A DNA stretch of 64,000 bases, from positions 35,846 through 99,845 of the forward strand of contig NMRA01000814.1 in NCBI GenBank assembly GCA_002633005.1, read 5' to 3'. A program made the position numbers and the translations under genes. The first letter of the stretch is position 1, and every line of letters begins with the position of its first letter. This document shows, in pieces, positions 14,597-25,800 of the stretch. The DNA comes from Phoronis australis. Taxonomy: Eukaryota > Animalia > Phoronida. The notes below the pieces were generated by a model, which saw only the letters and a list, made by a program, of their open reading frames with translations, was not told the DNA's origin and searched no databases.

Positions 14597-15384
14597 TATC
14601 GTATCACATATCACAACATATAAAGATTAACCAGACTCTGGCTGGCGACTGACTGCCGCGAAGTCGACATCGGCGAGTGCCTCAGTTAACAGGCATCGGT
14701 AGAATAATCATGGAATAATCGTAAAAATAATCACAAACCTTACCTTTGTATGAGGTTGTGCTTACTTCCTCTCATAGAAGCACCCTTTTTACGCAATCTC
14801 AGATTCAGTTGGCACGGCTGCAAGCCATTTCACCATGTATTTAAAGGGCTGGCGAAATCGAGGTTGTTAATCTATCACCACTAGTACACGCACGCCCTCT
14901 AGTTATTGTAGATTTTCCGAATAGCCCCATTAGACGTACCAATCAGACTTGTGAATTTGAAATGTCTAGCTCAAAATTTTAGTTTGCACCCAATGACCTT
15001 TGACGTGTTTTATCTGATTGGATGATTCGATTACTTAGAAAAGTAATTTTTTAACATGTCATATTGACTTATACCTGTGCACCGAATTTGAAAAAGATAG
15101 CTTTAAAACTGAAGGAGGAGTCGCATTTTGAAAATTATATGACTTTTGCACCAAACGACCTCTTCCGGTGCAATATGGAATATGATTATATAACGAATCA
15201 TTGGCCAAGAAACAAAACAGCAGAAAATGTAAGGTTTGTTGTTCTGCTTTTTTTTAAATATTTTTAAAAAAGAATAATTGCAGGCGGTTTGATACACGTT
15301 GTATCAGACGTGCGCAGGCCTCGCATGTGGGCCCATTGCACTGATCACCTGGAAATATTTTTATGCTTTATTGATATATGGTTA

Positions 15385-15504
15385 AAACCGAGCTGAGGAG
15401 CTAGAAACCTGGCTCAAGGGTTTAGCAGTGTGACCTGGTGGGACTCGAACCCACGACCTCGAGTAAAGAAAGCGGGCACTTATCAACCAGGCCACACTGC
15501 CTCC
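15385..15504 (-). mobile_element. tRNA-derived SINE
   Basis: Minus strand reads ggaggcagtgtggcctggttgataag (A box) ... gtcgtgggttcgagtccc (B box) plus a tail shared with 55440-55558. Confidence 0.8.
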
Positions 15505-16026
15505 TGCTATTTTTGGGTTAATTTCAACCAAGGTGTGGTAAAGTGCAGGCATATTCAAATTTTGAATTGAAAGTGCTCGTCAAATATGCAAATATGTTGT
15601 TCATCCAGTGTCCACTTTGATTGTGGATTGTTGGATTGGCATCCATGGTGTACACGTTTCTGTTCTTTTAAATTCAGTACATTATGGCGGTAAGTTCATT
15701 ATAGGCCGTCCTTCGCCGTGCTAAAAAACCAGACATTCAACTAACGCGTTTTCTTGCAATGAAAATACCCCGTCGAGCATTTTCACGTTATTATGGAAAA
15801 GTAGGTCTAGACGTCAACTATGGTCAACGAAAATCCCCTCTAGTCAATCAATGTCAATGGTGCACAACCCTGCAGACTTCATACGAGCTACAAACTTGAT
15901 GGAAAAGATTTTCAGGGTTGCATGTCACTATGATGAATGTTCAATACTCCAAATGCCCATTACTCCGAAGGTTCGTTGTCTTCTAAAATTCACTAGAACT
16001 TTGAATTTCCATTACTCCAAAATCAG

Positions 16027-16421
16027 GGCCCGATCTCTAATCTTGTGCTCGAAACGAACTCGAAATTATTTTTGGCAATACCTCTGCTCCTTTTGTGCGA
16101 ACTCAAGAAAAGTGGTTAATGACTGTGCTCGAATAAGTATAGCTTATGCATGTGAGTTTCTAGTCCAAGTTTGCACTCAAAAACCCTTCGTGCTTCAAAC
16201 TCTTTTTAAAAAACTGTAAAATTTGAGTTCAAACTCGAACTTTTAGCTTTAATGATGGATTTGTCAACTGCAAACTAGGACTAATAAATCATCCACGTAT
16301 GTCATTATGTACTCGAGCATTAAGTAATAGACACTTATCTAGAGTTCGCACAAAAGTAGATTAAAAAATGCCAAACATTATTTCGAGTTTCATTTCGAGT
16401 AAAAAGATTCGAGACTGGGCC
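16027..16421. mobile_element. Harbinger-like MITE
   Basis: GGCCC...GGGCC ends, ~75-bp imperfect TIRs, CAG on both flanks. Confidence 0.7.
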
Positions 16422-16573
16422 CAGAACTCCGACACTTCACTGCTCTGATCACGACCCATTCTCAAGCAGAGACAACATTTGGGGCACGGCTGCAGCGACC
16501 AACGGCAGCTTCAAATTCAAGAAGACTAAATGGAACTCCGTGAGGAGTGGCCAGGACAGGGTAGCCTAGTAAC

Positions 16574-16780
16574 TGCGCTGCGATACGATCTTAACATGGA
16601 TCTGCGGTGCGCTGCGAAACGATCTTAACATGGATCTGCGCTGCGATACGATCTTAACATGGATCTGCGCTGCGATACGATCTTAACATGGATCTGCGCT
16701 GCGATACGATCTTAACATGGATCTGCGCTGCGATTTGATCTTAACATGGATCTGCGCTGCGATACGATCTTAACATGGAT
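16574..16780. repeat. Minisatellite, 29-bp unit, ~7 copies
   Basis: gatctgcgctgcgatacgatcttaacatg repeated. Confidence 0.95.
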
Positions 16781-17427
16781 TTGATGAATTGTGTCATATC
16801 ATTTCAAAATGCAAGTGCGTACTCATTTTAAGACATGCGGCCAATTTGGCATGCACATGATATCTGACTACCGTTTCTAGTTATGCTGGCCAGCTGGAGA
16901 CGGTAGTCACTGTCTACATGAAACCCAAAGAAATTGTTTTAGTGCCCGCGCGGGCGATGTTTTCGGTTTATTTGCATCTAATAATCAAAATATCGTTTAT
17001 TTTAGCATGTGAAAGTTCAAAAATCACATCAGACTTTGAAAGTTTAATTTGGAGCGGGAAATCTTCGGAGTGGTGAATCGTCGAAGTAGTGAACTTTCGG
17101 AACAGTGAACCTTCCGAGTAGTAAACCTTCTGAATAGTGGGATGTTCCCATTTCCAGCAATGTAAGCAACTTAAGTAACACCAGGAAGAGATAACCATCC
17201 TGGTTATCTCTTCCTGGTAACACGCTAAAATGGCAACCAGATAAACAATTGTGTCAAGTCAATCGCCGACTAAATTTCACATTTCCGCCTGAGTATGCAA
17301 TGAGGTGTAATCACTTATTTAAGCATGGCTGATTTGAAAGTTTGGCAGAAAAAATGCGAGAATGTTCTCCTTTTGGACCACATTACATCACAATTTGTGT
17401 CCCGTTCTTTACGAGCAACCGTCACAG

Positions 17428-17861
17428 TGCTGTGTGTGAACTTGGATTCCAGCTTAATCTCAAGATTAAGCGGAAGTGAGTGTTGTGTGAATTTGGAATT
17501 GAATATTCTTTAAGGCAAAAAGGTGAAATTTTTGTTCGGTGAAAAGAATGTTTGTTCTTATTGGTCTCATGATCAACCATTTTCTCCTTTACCGTAACTT
17601 GTGTCGCTGAACCGCAGGAACATGTGAATGGCAAAATCCGTTATTGTTTGGTGAAACCGATGGCCCGTAGTTGAAAAGGTTGGTTAAAATTGATATTATT
17701 TCATTCAAATGTAACTCGATTTAGTGCAGTGCAAATTTTTATGAACATGAACGTGATTATTTGAGTGAACTTGTCATGTTGCCTCGCGTATTCCAAGTTC
17801 ACGCAACACTCACTTCCGCTTAATCTTGAGATTAAGCAAGATTCCAAGTTCACGTACAGCA
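17428..17861. mobile_element. Intact MITE, family A (~435 bp, ~70-bp TIRs)
   Basis: 17428-17500 is the reverse complement of 17790-17861; same family as the split copy. Confidence 0.85.
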
Positions 17862-18992
17862 GCAGCATCTGGAGACTTACATTCCCCTGCGTCAAAGGCC
17901 TTGCCGAAAACTCTACAGAGTCGACGTTAGTAAAATACCAAGGTCCACCGTCCTTGAAATTCGAACCGCCTCCCGCTCAGTGCTGGCTACGGGCCTGAAT
18001 AGAATATATGCATTTGAGTAGAGATAGAAGAGCGCCTGCATGCTACTGCCCTACCGTTAAAAGTGTCTGTAAAATACCTATTGTTGAATGCAGAACGTTG
18101 TTCAACATTATGCAAATGGTTTCAAACGGTTACTTGGAGGGTTGATCTAGCTTAACTCAGCTATTTGGGCGTGTCTCAGTGACGGGGATAACCCACCACT
18201 AGATTTGTCTGGTAAAACTTATTCGTGATATCTTAGTGGGCTTATTGCGAATTAAAACTGCTTTCATGCGGTTACCTCTTGGGTTGATATATATCAACTC
18301 AGGTATTTGGGCGTGTCTGGCGGAGCTATCCCACCACTAGATTTGTCTGGCAGTGTTTACTTCGTGATACATGGCTGGACTTACGATGAATATTTTGGAA
18401 CTGGTTTTAAGCGGTTACCTCTTGGGTTGATCTAGCTCAATTTTAACCCTTTTTGATTCGTCTGGTAGGGGCACCCCACCACTGAAATTGTCTGGCATCT
18501 AATTAACTGTTGTGCCATGTACAGTGATGCTGAACAACGTGCAATTGGTTTCAAGCGGTTACCTGGTGGGTTGATCTAGCTCAACTCGGGTATTTGGACG
18601 TGTCTGGCGGGGCTAACCCACCACTAGATTTGTCTGGCAGTGTTCATTCGTGACACCTGGGCTCACGGTGAATATTTTGCAACTGGTTTCATGCGGTCAC
18701 CCCTTGGATTGATCTAGCTCAATTAACTGGCTGAAATTTCCCACCACTGAAATTGTCTGACAGAGACCCGAATTTTGATACAGTGGATTACGTAGTTAGA
18801 TATCCAAGGCAGTTTGAAGAGGTAACCAGAAAAGTTGATCTAGCTCAGTTCTTGACGGTCATTCTCTTGGCTCCCCTGACCACCGACACCCACCATATCG
18901 AACGCCGGTGTCTTGATTAATGAGCGTGCAGATTACCTCGCTGGCTCATGCACCACCAACCAACCCCTCTACTTATATTCGGCTGACGTTAA

Positions 18993-20426
18993 AGGCGAAA
19001 GCAACCTTTTTTCATGTCATTTTTAGCAAAAATAAGGTTCGTTGATTATCCCAGACACATTTTTCACTTAATTACAGCTTTTCGTAATTTGATTAATTTC
19101 TCGTCCTCTACTCCGGAAGTAAAGTTTTGGGAGGCAAGAGTTTCGCGCCAATTTCTTTTCATTATAGTCTGACTGTGAGAGCTGTCGAGTCAGTCATTGT
19201 TCTACCTCGGTTGTGATAAGTTCGGTCGTCGTTTGCTTTTGTTTACAAGTCAGTCAACATGCCACGCTGTTGCTGCGTGCCGGGATGTACTCATTATTGT
19301 CTCACACGCGCTTTGGGTACCTTGCGTCGCTTTCCGAAGGAGGACACACTTCGCCGTACTTGGCTAGCTCGTTCATGTGAAGAACGCAGCGCTACTCGTC
19401 CACGCAACGTACAAAGCAGTGGAGGGTTACCGAGTGTGTGGCAAGCATTTTCTGCCGTCAGATTATGACAGATATGTACGCTGAATTGATGAAGGTCCCT
19501 GCGAAACAACGCCTGAAGAAGGGTACCATACCGTCGCTGTTGATTCCCGGCAGTGCCCCGTGTTCAACCCCGAGAAGTGTGTTTTTGAAGCGAGAAGCCT
19601 CGCGAACTGTGGCCACTATATACAGTGACTGGAGGCACTTCATCTACTGTCACCCGTGCCTCCGAACGTACCTCATTGCGTGCAATTCCGAGAACTAGCA
19701 GTGATTCGCCCTGTGCTAGCCCAGAGTCTGTAAGCAGCCATGCAGCGATGTTGAGTAGTGGGAGTGAATACAGGCCCAGTTCGACACCCAGTGAAGAGGA
19801 CATGCAGTTCGTCATCCAATGAACAGATCGGTGAGCCTACGTTTGATAAGTTTATTGTGGACTTGTATTGGAGCTATTTGGAAGGTGCCAGATATGTGTG
19901 GCGAGGGAGTCACACGGCGGGATGTAAGCACTTTGGGTGCTCAGATTACCCTTCAATGGGAGTGTGTCGCGGGACACTCGGGCAAGTGGGACAGTTCTTC
20001 CTCTGTACGTGAGACGATAATGAGTACACTCCAGTACGCAGCAACAGCGTGACATGTTGACTGACTCGTAAGCAAAAGCAAATGACGACCGAACTTATCA
20101 CAACCGAGGTAGAACAATGACTAACTCGACTGCTCTCACAGTCAGACTATATGAAAAGAAATTGGCGCGAAATTCTTGCCTCCCAAAACGTCACTTCCGG
20201 AGTAGACGAGGAGTAATTAATTAAATTACGAAAAGCAGTAAACATAACGCTAAACCCTCGTGAGAGGCCGCCCCGAGTTGGCTGCTGGAGCAACTCGGGG
20301 CGGTCTGGGATCAAGCGGAAAAACCACCGTGACAGGGTAGATCTGTGGTAAGTGAAAAATATGTCCGGAATAATCAACGAACCTTATTTTCGCTAAAAAT
20401 GACATGAAAAAAGGTTGCCTTCGCCT
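18993..20426 (+). mobile_element. Kolobok-type non-autonomous DNA transposon with THAP-domain remnant
   Basis: TTAA on both flanks, AG...CT termini, ~300-bp TIRs, internal THAP sequence; TTAA TSD, RR/YY ends and THAP are Kolobok hallmarks. Confidence 0.85.
19259..19560 (+). pseudogene. Frameshifted THAP zinc-finger domain
   Basis: MPRCCCVPGC...RFPKEDTLRRTW / YRVCGKHFLPSDY / RLKKGTIPSL gives the C2CH signature and AVPTIF-like box across reading-frame shifts. Confidence 0.85.
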
Positions 20427-21159
20427 TTAAGCTGCTGGCCCGCAAACGCAACCTCGAGCAGACTGCATCCCAACTGGCCGAGTTCAATGATGGCAGCTGA
20501 CTGCTCTGCGCAGCCGGTATTATTTATGGCCATATGCTGCGAAGAGTCACAAGAAAAGCCGTGCCCTAGTGCTGTCAAATCAAATGCTTACAGGCAACGT
20601 CAGCCCTGGAGTTCTGCGCCTTCTGCTGTCACGGGGATGGTCTGGGGAGGGGAATAATGCACCAGCATATCCCCAATGATCCTGTCCGTGACAGGTATTA
20701 CCATATCGAACCTGCCAGACGGCCATTTCCAAGCATCAGGATACCCACAGAGCACTGTGGCACCAAAGAAAATAGTTTACCTGCCCAAAAAAGCTCTGGG
20801 ATCTATAATTATTGGCCTCGCGATCAACCATTTTGTCCTTTACAGCAACTTGTGTCCGCGGCTGAACCGCAGGAATATGTGAATGGCTAAATCGATTATT
20901 GTTTGGTGCCGGACTGAAACTGATCGCCCGTAGTAGTGAAAAGGTTGATTAAAATTGACATTATTTTATTCAAATCTAACTTGATATAGCACAGTGCAAA
21001 TTTTTATGAACATGAATGTGATTATTCGAGAGAACTTTTCAAGTTGCCTCTCGTATTCCAAGTTCACGCAACACTCACTTCCGCTTAATCTTGAAATTTT
21101 AATTTACTTAAAAGTACTGAGGATTCCAAGTTCAAATACAGCAGTACTGTTCTAGTTCA

Positions 21160-21327
21160 AGTACATGACGCCAGATGGCTCGTTATCCTTAAAAATCACG
21201 TGACTCAGTGTTTTGTACACAAACATGGCCGTCTTGCATTGAGTGATTGACTATTTTAGTATTTATTGCGAAACCGTTCCTGATTTAGGTACAGATAAAG
21301 TCCTTCAATTAAAATTTGTCTCTTCAA
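21160..21327 (+). promoter_or_regulatory. Putative LRSAM1 promoter and non-coding first exon
   Basis: E-box TCACGTGAC (21196-21204) overlapping TGACTCA, a YY1-like AACATGGC near 21222, and a strong donor caa|gtgagt at 21327/21328. Coding exon 1 has an acceptor, so an upstream exon is expected. TSS position is inferred. Confidence 0.5.
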
Positions 21328-22478
21328 GTGAGTATAGCTATCTTGAAACACGTTAGCCAGTACGTTTCATCAAATGAGGGCGAGATACTATGCTTCCAAA
21401 ACTTTTTTGTTAATCAACTAATGTCGTGATGTGTGATTGTGAATGATTTTCTGAATTTCTGGTTATTCAGTTCTCCATATGCGAGGCTGACGGGAACCAG
21501 TGACAAAGTGGACCCATCAGCTGTATTCATATTGTGAGGAATGTTCCTGGAGGCTACTTCTCTGTAAAGTTCTTAATTGACGTCTTTATGACGTTTTTTT
21601 AGTTTACAGTACACCAAAACTTACCCATGCTGGCTTTATAGCTGTAGTTTAGAGACTGAAAAATAGCAAAACTGGTTCTGGTCTGTGCCCGAATCATTTT
21701 GATACCTGTGCCTCGCTGCTTAGCAAAGGTGAATTAGACAAATTTCCAATTATATAATTGGTCTTAGCTTCTTCCTTACTTGATTGTGACCACGTCACTT
21801 TTATTTACACTTATATCTCTGTGTTATTCTCCATCTTAAATAGCTTAAGTTCCCTTTTCTCCATGTTGCTGTTAAATTTAATGTCGTAGAAATAGCCCTA
21901 CTGGCTAATGTGGACCTGTTCTTCTAATGACGTTAAATAAAGATTCTTGATTCTGGTTCTTGATTCTTGACAAGTCATTTCTGGATTTGCACAGAACTGA
22001 CACTTTGTAAAATGTCTTGAGAGCGCCTTCTAGCTGTATGAAGACTAGTTTGAGAGAGCCAGCTAGCTGTGTGAAGACTAGTGTCAAAAGATAATATTTT
22101 GAACATGCTTCCGATGAATCATATGAGCCTCTGTTAGCCGCTCGCTAACAGGCAATTGCCTATTGGCTGAATTGTTAGCATGCTTGCCGGTTTTATCGGG
22201 GCCGCTGGTTGGATGGTAAACTCGCCTATTACTACTATATCTAGGAACTGCTGTAGGTTAGCCTCACAAAGACATCAAGATTTCTCATAACCCAGGAGCT
22301 TCAACAGGAACAGCTAATGACTGGTGGGGTGCCTGCAAAACCTACCACCTTGTCCGCTACAGCCATTTTAAAGTGAAAAACATTTATTAAATGTTTTCTT
22401 GCATAGTTCTCCAGTTTTGCAACAAAGAAAAGTCCTGACCGGATGACTTGTTTGTGTCCTTGCCATCCCCTTGTGGGA

Positions 22479-22626
22479 CTTTGTGTTGATCTTGTATGAT
22501 CTTTGTGTTGATCTTGTATGATCTTTGTGTTGATCTTGTATGATCTTTGTGTTGATCTTGTATGATCTTTGTGTTGATCTTGTATGATCTTTGTGTTGAT
22601 CTTGTATGATCTTTGTGTTGATCTTG
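22479..22626. repeat. Minisatellite, 22-bp unit, ~7 copies
   Basis: ctttgtgttgatcttgtatgat repeated. Confidence 0.95.
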
Positions 22627-22733
22627 TTTGATTTTACCAAAATCTTGTTTGCCTGGCTTGTTACCACTTGATTAATACTGTTCTTTGTCTTTGCAGGGCT
22701 CTTTCCTGACCCCTCAGTTTTGATCTTTCCTGG

Positions 22734-22880
22734 ATGGGATCATGTTTCTCTGGTCCTTCATCTAACCCAGTCATCCCTGCACCCCCATTGTTGGATGAAC
22801 AACCCATGACCAGCATGCCTAAGTTATTCAAACGACAAAGTGAAGAGGCCAAGAAACGACAGCAACATCAGCAGTACCTG
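22734..22880 (+). CDS. LRSAM1: LRSAM1 coding exon 1 (acceptor at 22696; in-frame ATGs at 22734, 22806, 22815)
   Basis: ttgcag|22697; MGSCFS...MTSMPKLFKRQSEEAKKRQQHQQYL; donor gtgaga at 22881. Confidence 0.9.
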
Positions 22881-25800
22881 GTGAGACAGCAACATCAACA
22901 GTACCGGGTGATGTCATTATGATGTCATTGGGATGTCATTGTGGTGTCATTATGATGTCATTGAGTAGGCTTGTTGTAAGGTTAAGTGGGACCATTGCCA
23001 AAGTTGACACATTTGGAAACACTTAGTCTCAGAAATGTGTGATTGGACACATATGGAGATTTTCCGTAGATAAGCCCACCTGATGAAATGCCCATCGGCG
23101 TTTATTCGAAAATTATGCCCAATAAACACTCGTGGGCATTTATTTGGTGTTACAACTACAAATAGTGGGATGTTCATTCACAAAATTATGCCCAATAAAC
23201 ACTCATGGGCATTTATTTGGTGTTACAACTACAAATAGTGGAGTGTTCATTCACAAAATTATGCCCAATAAACACTCATGGGCATTTATTTGGTGTTACA
23301 ACTACAAATAGTGGAGTGTTCATTCACAAAATTATGCCCAATAAACTCTCATGGGCATTTATTTGGTGTTACAACTACAAATAGTGGGGTGTTCATTCAC
23401 AAAATTATGCCCAATAAACACTCATGGGCATTTATTTGGTGTTACAACTACAAATAGTGGGGTGTTCATTCACAAAATTTCCTCTTAAGAGCCCACTCGG
23501 CATTAACTTTTTGTCAAAAATTCAGTTTTGTGGATCATTTATCATTTATAACAACAAAAAGGTGTTTGCAAATTATGCATTAGAGTATTAACATAAAATT
23601 TAAAAATACAGTTTTAAGTAAAAAGATATCTAAGTCAGCAAAACTATAACTTTTCATTTAAAAGCCCCACTTTTCCAAATAAAAGCCCCAGCATTTATTT
23701 GATGTTACTTAACTGTTGAAAATTTTCATTTCCGAGTACTCGCCCATGGGCGTTTTACCGAGTAGGCATATCTATGGAAAATGGCGGTGTGAAGCTTTCA
23801 GATACCATGCTTCATGCTGCATGAGGGCTATAAAAACAGGACTTTATAGTTTTTATGAAAAAACTCAAGTGAAAATGGCGGTGTGAAGCTTTCAGATACC
23901 ATGCTTCATGCTGCATGAGGGCTATAAAAACAGGACTTTATAGTTTTTATGAAAAACTTAAGTGAAAATGGCGGTGTGAAGCTTTCAGATACCATGCTTC
24001 ATGCTGCATGAGGGCTATAAAAACAGGACTTTATAGTTTTTATGAAAAAACTCAAGTGAAAATGATTATTCATACAACTGTAACAACATTTTTCGGATTT
24101 CATCTCAAATGTTTAAATTGAACAAAATTGAACAAAATTTGGTCATGTTATTGATACCTTTGTTTTTTGCTAAATTTTTCTAAAAGACGTGATCACGTTA
24201 TTCACATAAGTATTGATTGGTATCAAGTCAAAAACCAAATTCTTCAAGTTTTCTACGGGATTGATTGTATTGCATTGAACCTCAGGTTATCTGGGTAGCC
24301 TGTATGGACTCTTCTTCCCCCACTGTAGGAACACACTAAACATTAACAACATTTTTGTTGATTGAAGATAACTATGTTCTTGCTAATTCTATTTCTTTCT
24401 CTTGCGCTCCAGTTCTCGACTTGCGGTTAATGCGTTTCATTTTTCATCAATAACAGATCATTTCATTTTCAAACTGGAGGCTTGGTACTATGTATCAAAA
24501 CTGTGCTCTAACTTTACCAAAGATGTATTCTGTCTTCAGGCCAAAGAAAGTCCAGATCCATGGTATGATTTATCTGGTTGTGAACTGTATGAGGTTCCCA
24601 AGGGGGTTTTCTCACTGTGTAAAGTACTTCAAAAGGAGGTGAGACTCATTAAATTTTATGGCCCTTGTGGTCGACTAACTTGGTGATTATGATCAGTTTA
24701 ATATGCAGGGTGTAGTAACTAATTAGAGAACACTGTGTGAGCATATAAAACAGACTGTGAACTATTAGCAAACATGAATGGTCAAGCTATTTTGATATCA
24801 ACTTGCAAATAATAAAATGGAAATTGGAAAATAGTATTCAGAAGACCAAACAGGCATATTTGCTTCTCGTCTTTGTTTGTTCTTTTTTAAAAATTGGTTA
24901 AGCTCATTTTGATTGTTGATTTAAAAATCAACCTTATATCAGTAAAAGTTAAAGGAAAGTGCCACCAAAAAACTATGTATTTTGTATCAATGTAGATTGA
25001 GTAGTTCCACCTGACTCCAGACGGCAGACGGAGGTGCTGAAATTAACCAATGACATCTCATGTTCTAACACAGTCTGCTCAGCAGTTCACAAGATGCATA
25101 CTGGTGTCAGCTTATTGCTTGAATTCATCATTTTACACCAATAAAATCATCAAAATTGGATGTAAAACCCTCACAAATGAGTTGCTTTTTTTTCACTATC
25201 TTGGATTTCTAGAAATTTTGAATGTGCCGTAGCCTACAAAGTATGCTAGGTCAGTCGAAGGAAGTTTGAAGTCTGTTTGGTAGTAAATTAGAATTATTCG
25301 TCTGTGAAATACAGGCAGGAGAGCCTAATAGTGTGTAGTAATTTTAGACTTGCAAATTTTTTCTATTCTAAACTTAAAATGCTCGTTATAACACAGTGGC
25401 TCGGAATCCGATCAGGCCCCTCGCGGCCAGACTGCAGACATTACGAACATAAACCAGCCGGGTTGCAAACTAAACTTCCAGTCACGAAAAGACTAGACTA
25501 GTGAACCAAAAAAATAATATGCACGTGAATATTTTGGTGAGTTCGCCGCAAAATTGCAAATCTACTTACTCGTCAGGGGCTGCGAAGTCAAGTTCTCCTT
25601 GGCATAGAACAGTACAGGGAAAATGTATGTAATAATGATTTGAATGATGTATATATGGCTATATAATAATTTCACTTCCATCTGACCATAGCATGTAAAA
25701 TCTAGTTATAGTTTCGTGACGTAGATACGGACCAACTAAGAGGGTAACAAAAACTAATTAAATCGAGTGGCATTCTCCTTTGAAAAACTTAAACAATGAT

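Larger units (their letters stand above)
18904..20699. mobile_element. Insertion flanked by a 12-bp direct repeat (~360 bp of its own sequence, hosting the Kolobok element)
   Basis: accatatcgaac at 18892-18903 and 20700-20711; removing it restores the Academ right TIR. Confidence 0.7.
12564..20805 (+). mobile_element. Academ-like DNA transposon, decayed, with long TIRs containing ~125-bp tandem units
   Basis: TAG...CTA termini, TAA on both flanks (12561-63, 20806-08); 12570-13190 is the inverted counterpart of 18120-18903 plus 20712-20805; internal transposase-like remnant. Spans an assembly gap. Confidence 0.7.
12433..21144. mobile_element. TIR MITE (family A) split into 12433-12563 and 20806-21144 by the Academ-like insertion
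   Basis: The two halves join into a sequence colinear with the intact copy at 17428-17861; TIR tgctgtgcgtgaacttggaatcc...aagattaagcggaagtgagtgttgcgtgaacttggaat; TA flanks. Confidence 0.8.

Noticed and set aside
13964-14623. Long ORFs of 142-219 aa (and those near 61009-61408)
   Set aside because: They are open only because they run through N gaps.
14740-14840. Possible minus-strand first exon (ATGGTGAAATGG...aag|gtaagg)
   Set aside because: Contains in-frame stops and has no identifiable downstream exons; lies inside transposon-derived DNA next to a gap.
15385-15504. Functional tRNA gene (also 55440-55558)
   Set aside because: A/B boxes are present but I cannot fold a full cloverleaf, and diverged copies share a non-tRNA tail, indicating a SINE.
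19259-19698. Host THAP-domain gene
   Set aside because: Frameshifted, intronless and enclosed by TIRs with a TTAA TSD.
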